From assembly GCA_951406725.2 (NCBI GenBank), contig OX597820.1, positions 10,974,001-11,038,000 of the forward strand: a stretch of DNA of 64,000 nt. The letters are read 5' to 3'. The stretch is from Octopus vulgaris (taxonomy: Eukaryota). The translations under genes were made by a program, and so were the position numbers. The notes under the pieces were generated by a model. That model saw only the letters and a program-made list of their open reading frames with translations. It was not told where the DNA came from and did not search any database. Positions 54,941-64,000 of the stretch are shown in pieces (positions within the stretch are counted from its first letter, which is position 1; each line of letters opens with the position of its first letter).

Positions 54941-55147
54941 TACGAGGGAGTGTTGAACGGTTCCTGGTTTTAAGAGTGTCTCGAAAGGCCTTCTGAGTTC
55001 TTTTACAGGACTTAGAAAACCTGAAGTACCTCTACAATAAGTGTGTGAATCTGAGAGGGGAATATGTTGAATAAAATCATAATTAACCGGTCCTTCTGTT
55101 TTTTTTCTTTTACCCAAAGCCAGGAACTTTTCAGCACCCCTTCGTGT
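54941..55147 (+). mobile_element. Mariner-derived MITE
   Basis: TACGAGGG...CCCCTTCG ends; internal YNKCVNLRGEYVE* is a mariner C-terminus. Confidence 0.8.
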
Positions 55148-55193
55148 ATTGTGAGACGAAAAGCGCACATGAACCCGTATTTCTCTCTCTCTC

Positions 55194-55286
<93 letters not shown>

Positions 55287-55702
55287 ATATGACATATATA
55301 CCTGTGTGTATGTGTGCATGTATGGTTATATGTGCATGTCTTTATATATAAATAAACCGGTGTTGTTGTTTACGTAACCTTAAACTACATAATTTCGTGT
55401 TTCGACAAACGGAATGCTTAAATAAAGGCCTGACTGAAATTACTGTGGTAGATGGGATTGGTTAATATCCATAAAGGTTGTGATCTATAATGGTCGTAGT
55501 TCAATGATTAACACCCATTAAACAATAAAAGATTTATTCGATCGAGTAATCAGATTCCATTTACAATAATAATAAAAAAAAACTCAGTGAACCAATATTC
55601 CTGAAAAAAAAATAATAGTACTAAATACCTGAGAAGCCTTGCTCAAATATGGCTTCTCGGGTATTTAGTACTACATTAGAGTATGGCATAGCAACTACTC
55701 AC

Positions 55703-55927
55703 CGCTTGTAAGGTTCTCATCCAGGCTGTATTCTCTACAGGGTAACGTAAAGGACTGAATATCATGGCCATCTAGCATAAATGTCATTGGCGTTTCTGTA
55801 GAAAAGACCTTGATTTCCGTTAGATGTGAAGTCATTGACCAAATTTTTATGTGGATTCCTTTGTTATATTTGCAGAAAACATTTGGTATTAGAAAATGCG
55901 TCCCACTTGACTGATCGCATAGTGATC
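55703..55927 (-). CDS. IgGFc-binding-domain membrane protein, internal exon (225 nt)
   Basis: Acceptor gttttctctccag|GA, donor G|gtgagt, phase 1-1, in frame with 44372. DQSSGTHFLIP resembles the domain-opening 'D..G.EF' motif. Confidence 0.8.
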
Positions 55928-56567
55928 CTGGAGAGAAAACAATGATAGATGAAACTTTAATCATAAAATAAAATTAAAAAATGATTTTTCTGTTTTTGCA
56001 GAAGGACGGATGTGGCATTGAACCAACGACCACTGCATACACAGGTATCATTTGATCACTCTCTAATGGTTAGCACGCCGGACAAAATGCTTAGTGGCAT
56101 TTTTCCGGCTTTACGTCCTCAGTTCAAATACCACCGTGGTCTACTTTGCCTTTCATCCTTTCGTGGTCGATAAAATAAGTACCAGTCAATTTCTGGAATC
56201 GACGTAATCGACTTAATCCCTTCCCTCAGAATCCCAGGCCTTGTGCCTATAGTAGAAAGCATTGTTATATCATTCTCTTGTCGGGAGGGGCTGTTTGTTT
56301 CAACGGAATAATTTTTCACAAGTTAGTCTAAAGTTTTCAGAAATCTATACAAAATAATAAATAAAAATAGGTGTAATCGATATGGTTGCAGTTCAATTTG
56401 AATATCATTCGGTCGATGTCTCAAAGAAAAGAGCAAAAAGAAAACGTTGATCGCAGATCTGGTGATAAAGAATTGAGGTAAATGTTTATCACAACGGGTG
56501 AATGGTGAGACACTGTAACAGAAAAACGAGTGGGAGAGATTTGATGTCTTGCAAACAACTTGCACAT

Positions 56568-56900
56568 GCAAGTGCTACCAGTCAAAAACTCCACATACCG
56601 GAAGCCAGCAAGTATATGAGGTCATCAGGAGAGAATGCGCGCCGTTTCGGGGCCTACTTCTCGACGGCATCAATGCGCACCGGCCCCCCTCACTGATATG
56701 AGGCCCCGCTTGCTAGATCAGCTGGTTATCAAATAAAGCTCAATATTCTTCTAGCCATCGCTCATCGCCTCTTTTTAACCAAATCCAGTGGCTAGCCTTC
56801 TCCATTGAATATTGGATATCGGTCATGGTGGTATTGACTTTACGATGAGTTAGGCCTAGCGATAACAACAGTCCAAAGCAGAAATATTTAGGTTGGTCTG
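56568..56900 (-). mobile_element. Hero-like non-LTR retrotransposon 3' end
   Basis: LLLSLGLTHRKVNTTMTDIQYSMEKASHWIWLKRGDERWLEEY* followed by a GC-rich 3' UTR. Confidence 0.75.
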
Positions 56901-58099
56901 ATCGTTTATAAATTTTATGATTAATTCATGTAAATTTGTAACAAAATGACAACAGACAGAGCACATAATATCACAGTACATGTAAGAGCAATAAACGTGA
57001 AAGCGGTTTTAATCAGGTGGGACCACTGCGTATTATAATACCTTCTAAAGCCGTCTGATTTTCAACATGGCCACGCATTTGTTCCGCAACAGATTTCCTA
57101 ATTGTATAGGATGAAAGCATCAATTTACTGATGAAGGTTTTTCTAAATATCAGAATGTTTCAAAATGCGTGGTAGAGTTCTGGTAATATCTATGCAACGG
57201 TTCTGCTTTTACACTCATAAATATCGCAGACTACATTTAAATGAATGCATCATCACTCACCATCAGGTTCCAATCACTAACTGTTTCTTTTCTCTCTTTC
57301 ATCGGTAATGTTACTGTAACAGCTTTTGAATCTCTGGAGTAGCTCAATCAGAGCCCCCACCCACACAATTTCACTTTGCTTTTGTCTCTTCTCACATTAA
57401 CTTTTAAAATATGATACGTAATCCACGTATTAATCACTTAATCTATCTATCCCTTCTTATATATGAAACTCTGTGCTATCACTCATTCACTGTCTACAAA
57501 TTTATTGTTGTTACAATAAATTATAGGGTGAATAACCTGAAAATCTTCGACCGCACGAGGCCCGTGTGGACATTTAGTGCGGTGTTCTGGAAGAAGTATG
57601 AATTTTGTATTAAAATATACATAATTACGTATGACTAAAAATATTCATTTCTTTCTAATGAGTAAGAAAAACACCAAATATGTATATTTTGTGCATCTTC
57701 TTTCTTTCATTTTCGTGTGATTTCAAATTCAAAATTCTAGTCTCACCAAGATTTATCTAGAAGTGATTATCTCCCTTATAATAACTGGCCACCAGGGCAG
57801 GTTACATCTTTATATTTTTCATTGCATATTCTAACATTTACATTTTGACAATAGTTGTAAATGCATTTTGTACAAATTATTTGATAAAATTCTTTAATAA
57901 AACCATATTAAATTGCTTTCAAATATAAAATGGTTCTCTATACCCATATAGTAAATAAACGTTTGACTTTCAACCTACATTCTAACCAGTCAACTAACAG
58001 CCCAACTTTATACTAACATAAAAATATATGGAACTATATTAGTTTTAATCAGACTAAATATTTTCATCAAATACTTTAAGTATTTGGATTTTAAATATT

Positions 58100-58313
58100 C
58101 TTCTCTACTATAAGCACAAGGCCCGAAATTTTGGGGCAAGGGAGCCAGTCGTTTACATCGATCCCAGTACGCAACTGGTACTTAATTTATCGACGCTGAA
58201 AGGATGAAAGGCAAAGTCGACCTCGGTGGAATTTGAACTCAGAACGTAAAGACGGACGAAATACCGCTAAGCATTTCAGCCGGCATGCTAACGTTTCTGC
58301 CAGCTCGCCGCCT
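58100..58313 (-). mobile_element. SINE family 2 full monomer
   Basis: 19-bp TSD tattt(g/a)gattttaaatatt at 58081-58099 and 58314-58332. Confidence 0.92.
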
Positions 58314-59411
58314 TATTTAGATTTTAAATATTGACAAACGCAATTCATTCTCCCTTTTGCTTATGCTCTGAGAAACCCCAGACAACTGAAAAATTTGTGA
58401 CTATTGTAATTGTGCACATTCTATGATTTCTTTTACTATTTTCTACGTTTGAGTTTTGCAGGGATATGTGACAGGTAATGGTTTTGTCAGGCAAAGGAAG
58501 GTAGCAGTTATGTCCCTTGTCAACGGCTCTGAAATTGTTGAGTGAAAGAAAAAGTGGAAGTTCTTCGCAAATTGGTGGCGTCGCCTGTTTATAACTAAAT
58601 AGACACCATTAAAGGCATCAAGAAGTAAAATAGCCGTGGTAAGGGGTGGGGCTCATGCGCTGTAGCATCACGACTTTACATCCACCATTTGTTGGTGATT
58701 GCCTACACCTGGTGGATGACACCTTGGACCATTCGGGTGTCAACCCTTCAACCCATGAGTCTGTTTTTGCGTGGTCGTTGCTGGTGAGGCTTTACGAGGC
58801 TAGCATAAATACTGCCTCGACCTCTTTCAGTCCCTTTTAGGACACGCAGAAGAAGCGTTGGATCCATTCTTTAGCATGCCGGTCTCCACACAGCAACTTG
58901 AAATGAAGTGTTTTGCGCTAGAATACAACACATCACCACGTCCGGGAATTGAACCCAGGACCTAGCGATCGTGAGGGCAAAACCCAAACCACTAGGCTAC
59001 ACACTTGCTCTTCAATTATACTCAGTAAGATCTTGATAAGAAAATATGGAGTGCTCTGCCAGCAACTCTCAACGAATTTCTTATTATCAAGGATTCTGTA
59101 AACCAAGCTCTTTTTTTTTTATTAATAGACTCGGATTATTTTCTAAAGCCAGTTTAATATATACGGTCGATAACTTTTATAAATATACCGTATTCTAGTA
59201 TCACATGGATTTATAAACGATGCAGGAGCAGCACAATATGGTTCACCTTTATCATCATATTCCTCCTCCTCCTCCTTCTTTTTCTCTTCTCCTTCCTTCC
59301 TCAGCATTGTCGATATCATCCTCTTTATCGTCATCTCTCCTACTACCGTTTATAATCTAATGTATTAGTCAACTGGTTGATACCCACAGAGAATAAATCC
59401 TATTTAATTAC

Positions 59412-59456
59412 CTTTAAAGTGGTACGCCAAACATAATCCGATGCTCATGGTAAACA
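59412..59456 (-). CDS. Probable 45-nt upstream exon (FTMSIGLCLAYHFK), signal-peptide region
   Basis: Acceptor catttatttttcag, donor aag|gtaatt, phase-1 end in frame with 55927; ACCATGA at 59448 could be the start. Confidence 0.5.
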
Positions 59457-59760
59457 CTGAAAAATAAATGGAAATCCATCAGACACAAGTATTTCAATAC
59501 GAACAAGCAGACACAAATCTACATCAAAGCAGCAAGTAGCACGATCAAATCCAACGACACGTAACACAGAATGGTTTCGCAATACGCCGAGGTTGACTTT
59601 GCCTTTCGTGATTGATAAAATAAGTCCCAGTTGGGCACCGGGACACTAGGACTTAACCCCTCTCCCCAAATATCTTGCCTTGGGCTAAAATTTGAAATCA
59701 ATATTCGCAAACGAAGCATCACATCCTCATCGAAATACAAAGGTAATATAGATATAAATA

Positions 59761-60020
59761 TAAAATAATAAATGCTCCTTTTTAAAGCCTAGCCAGGCTC
59801 ATGGGCCCAGTTTCCCAGTTTCAATGGTGTATGTGTTCCCCAGCTGGACGGGACGCCAGTCCATCGCAACGTTACTCATTTTTGCCAGCTGAGTGGACTG
59901 GAGCAACGTGAAATGAAGTGTTTTGCTCAAGAACACAACGCATCACCCGGTCCAGGAATCGAAACCACAATCTTATGATCATGATGCTGACACCCTAATA
60001 ACTAAACCACAGGCCTCCAC
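59761..60020 (-). mobile_element. SINE family 3, full length
   Basis: TSD ataga(t/c)ataaata at 59748-59760 and 60021-60033. Confidence 0.88.
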
Positions 60021-60039
60021 ATAGACATAAATACGGATC

Positions 60040-60470
60040 TATAAAAAAAAACGATCAATAACCTATAATATAAATTGGACATGGGCAAGTGTTGTATTCT
60101 TTCTTGTCTTGAGGTTCACAGCCAAATGGCTGGGTGGATTCGCATGAAAAATGGCACACAAGTGGGGACAAATGCATAGATTGGAATGCAGTTTGTATTT
60201 TTTTCCTAACCCCCATACTTACCGAGAAAATCGATTAAACGTTTTCTAATGGAATTTCCCTCTTTCTTCTACTATTAAAACAACCAGTTGCTTAGAAGCT
60301 GTTTTCTGACGGGGTAGGGTCAGGAATTTTCATATAGTTGGAGGCTCCAATCGAAACAGGGGACCCGAAATGATAAGGTTGACAAACGCTGTTATATATT
60401 ATGCCTAACCGAAAACGATCACAGCCACATCATCCAAACAGACCGGGTGAAACCAGGCTTAGCTGCTAGT
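60040..60470 (+). mobile_element. Helitron-like non-autonomous element
   Basis: Ends with hairpin ccgggtgaaaccagg followed about 10 nt later by CTAG-T, the Helitron 3' signature; 5' TCTATAAA near 60038. Confidence 0.6.
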
Positions 60471-61083
60471 ATAAGTATAAATATAAACGATCAATAATAG
60501 ACAAGGAAACCCTTTACAAAGAAGGCTTCAGGAATTCTTTTCAAACAACACAGAAAAATAGAACATAATTATAGAAACATGTTTCCTTACTCAACAGAAA
60601 ACAACATTCTAATTTTCAAGGCCCGCAAATTTCAGGGGTAAAGGTTAATGGATAACCCTTAAGCTTAGCTGGTACTAATTTTCTTATTTTGTGCGCCGAT
60701 CCTGTGGTCATGAATGTTAGGTAACAACTGACCGGGTACGATCGCACATACAAACAGCCGCAACGGGATTCCTACTACGAAGGATGCTTGGAGTAACGTC
60801 CTTGGACTGGGTGTGTAGCTCGTAGAAGAGAAAGTCTCTGCAGGTCGAATCGCTACATGTAAGATTCTAGAACAGATATCACGAATGCTTTGATTTATTT
60901 CTCTTTTATTTTCCCTCTTATATCAGCATGACTAAGCCACCTTTTAAGGAAATTGAGACCAGTTGCATATGTTTATGAGAATTTAATTACTTTCCTTTTT
61001 TTAATCCATGATAATGTTCTCAAAAACCACGTTTTTTTTCCTTTTGTTTCATAAGGTATATCTACTCGTGTAAAAACCGCTTA

Positions 61084-61154
<71 letters not shown>

Positions 61155-61165
61155 ACATGATGCGT

Positions 61166-61223
<58 letters not shown>

Positions 61224-61242
61224 ATGTATGTATATATATATA

Positions 61243-61309
<67 letters not shown>

Positions 61310-61324
61310 CTATCTATCTATCTC

Positions 61325-61396
<72 letters not shown>

Positions 61397-64000
61397 ACAC
61401 CTTGTACGTGGATACTGAAAATTCTTCATTGAACTTTATATTTTCTTAAGACATAAAATGTCCATTAAATTCTTTATATGAGAATATATTGCCGTACTTC
61501 TAAGTATTTGGGGAGATCATTGGCCATGCTAGATTAAGAACATTGAACCGCATATATCTACGTTTTTATGCTTATCTTCAATTAAATCAACATTACTCAC
61601 TGGTATGACTACTGTGCGTTACACAAATCGTTTAAAACATGCAATCTAAATTTTTCTCAGCTAAATTGTTTTCGCAAAGCAAAGAGACAGATTCAATCTC
61701 ATTGACAGAACAAGCCACGGAGTAAGAAGTTGCTACGTAAGAAACTAAAATAAAGCTAATTAGATACTCGTTGTGGTACTAGATGTGTAGCTTTAGTCCT
61801 CTGCCGTTTCAGTATTTATTTGAAAGCCTAAGCGAAGTCGTTCATCATCTATTAGAGAATGGAAGAAAATGGCTAAACGTTTTGCTGTCATCGAAGACCA
61901 ATCCTGACTTTATTGATACGCCTACGCCGACGTTTGCGCGGTTTTTCGCCTTTGAACCTCATTAATTTCTTGCCAATCACATCTATAAAACTGTTGAAAT
62001 TTCGTTTATTGATAAGAAAGATTTGTATTATTCACAGAAAAGACATTTAATTGCTTCTGAGTCAAGCTCTTAGCAACGTCGCTGCTTAGCTAGCAGTTAC
62101 AATCGTACTTGGGAAGAAGAGGACAGAATTTTCAGTTTGGTCAATAGAGAAAAGATTTTCTAGGTTCATACTTTAAATACACTGTATGGAAAAAAATGAA
62201 CATTTCAAGTTGTGCATCAAGGATCGACTGAGCTCTTAAACAAACACGGACACGCGCACACATGCAGACACTACATACATACATACATACATGCATACAT
62301 ACATACATACATATATACATAGTTCCATGCGTTGGCTCTTATCAAAGGTTTTATATATATATATATAGTAGGGTCAGTTGGGCACCGTCTGTGAGAAAAG
62401 CAGCAATTCACTCTGCTAGAAATTTGGAAACGACATGCTGCGCTGTTTGGCACAATCAAATTCAAACAACGCGCATGCGCGAAATTGGGGAACACATACG
62501 CCATAGAAACCGGGAAGCCGGGCCCATGAGCCTAGCTAGGCTTTAAAGGGGCGCATTTATTATTCTACATTTATATCTATATTACCTTTGTATTTCGATG
62601 AGGATGCGATGCTTCGTTTGTAAATATATATATATATATAATGAATGTGTTTTATGTCAGGTTGTATAAAAAACCTATTTAACATAAATTGCTCAATACA
62701 TTTAAGTAGAGTACATGCTTATTAAAGTTTTTACAAGGACAGGAGTGATAGTGACTTCGCAGTCTCGTCCTGCTATCTTTCATCGGATAGTCCGACGTAG
62801 GTCAGCTGGCCGAATCGTCGGAGTCAGTCTCATCCCTCTTCTTGTAAAATTTTGATAAATGAGTAAATACATACACTCACACACATGCAAACAAGAGCCC
62901 CCTTGTGTTTGTGTAATTAAAACCAACAATAATATACGTGTACACACTCATACATGTATATGTGCTATATGCACATGTGTGTGTGCGTTTACTGTCTTTC
63001 TAATTTTTTAATTCTTCCTATAAAATTAGATGTTTACTAACAGAGAAATAAAATTCTATCACCGGAATTTTAGATAATAAAAATAAAGTAAATAAATGAA
63101 TGATAAAGTTACATGTTGAATTTAAGGTAATGTTGTTCCGATATCAGATTGAACTGACAGAGAGCATGTTAACTAGAACATTTTGATGACCCGAAAAATC
63201 GAGAATGTCGAGATCTTTACTTAATCACTTAGTAACATAACGAAGTGTATAAATGATCGTGGATGCATATCTACATTATTACCAATGTACACACACACAC
63301 ACACACACACACAGTACACTCGCATGTAAGATAAATTTCTTCACTTATAGATCTTTATATGATCATACCAAATTGTTGTATATGTACATATATATATGTG
63401 TATGTGAGTATAAATACATACGTTTATATGAATACAAAAATTGAGACACACACACGTGTGTGTGTGTGTATGTGTGTGTGAATGTGTGTGCGCGCACAAA
63501 ATGTCTGCAAAGTATATACTATGTATGTACCTCATCATCAAAGTTAATGACTTAACCTGAAGTAAGTTATGAAACAACTGTAACCAAACGGAAATATCAA
63601 ATCTTCTTTTGCTTTTCATGTTTCTTGCTCCTTTCCTCTTTTGCTTATTATATACTCCACTATGAAGGAATACTGCTCTGTTTCTCCCAGATTTTCAATG
63701 CATAGTTATCTTAAATTATGTCGTAATTTCATTGATGTGTGATATGATAGCCAGTTCCTCAGCCAGAATGGTTACCGTGATTTTTCCGAATCTGGCAAAG
63801 TGGCAGAACCGTTAGCATAACGAACAAAATGCTTAGCTCAATTTCGTCCTTGTTTACGATCTGTACCGTTCATCATTTAAGGGTCGATAAAATAAGTACC
63901 AGATGAACACTGGGGTCGATGTAGTCGACTTACTCCCCTCCTGGTGAGTGCTCAACACCGAGTTCATGGATAAAGATGCTTTATTTCTGTATTAAGGCTA

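Noticed and set aside
56830-56900. Signal-peptide exon (KYFCFGLLLSLGLTH|gtaaag) for the minus-strand gene
   Set aside because: It continues in frame into the Hero-like LINE C-terminus and has no start codon.
57125-57178. CTGATGAAGG as another hammerhead
   Set aside because: There is no GAAA box and stem II does not pair.
56915-57330. Hydrophobic minus-strand frame (TAFTFIALTCTVILCALSVVILL) and GTGAGT donor near 57260
   Set aside because: No phase-compatible join to the gene model; the frame is bounded by stops.

Overview
AT-rich, microsatellite-dense animal genomic DNA. The SINE/LINE complement suggests a coleoid cephalopod (Octopus-like); this is inference. Most listed ORFs are microsatellite or SINE artefacts. 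One gene is well supported: a minus-strand spliced gene with phase-1 exons 55927-55703, 44372-43872 and 39709-38694, plus a probable 45-nt exon at 59456-59412. It encodes a ~590-aa type I membrane protein with an IgGFc-binding (FCGBP N-terminal-like) domain, a tandem acidic D-x-D-C/G-D-x-x-x-D-E motif and one TM helix. Weaker plus-strand signals are a terminal coding exon at 10567-10724 and a promoter/first exon at about 12870-13246. The rest is transposon debris: four tRNA-derived SINE families, RTE, CR1-like, R4/Dong and Hero LINE ends, Tc1/mariner derivatives, Helitron-like elements and a Penelope GIY-YIG remnant. The most striking observation is a set of short non-coding foldback insertions carrying minimal Penelope-type hammerhead ribozyme motifs. 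One family fuses a tRNA-derived Pol III head to the hammerhead and inserts as TSD-flanked inverted dimers. Another appears circularly permuted between copies, like a retrozyme. Repeat boundaries were read by eye and are approximate.
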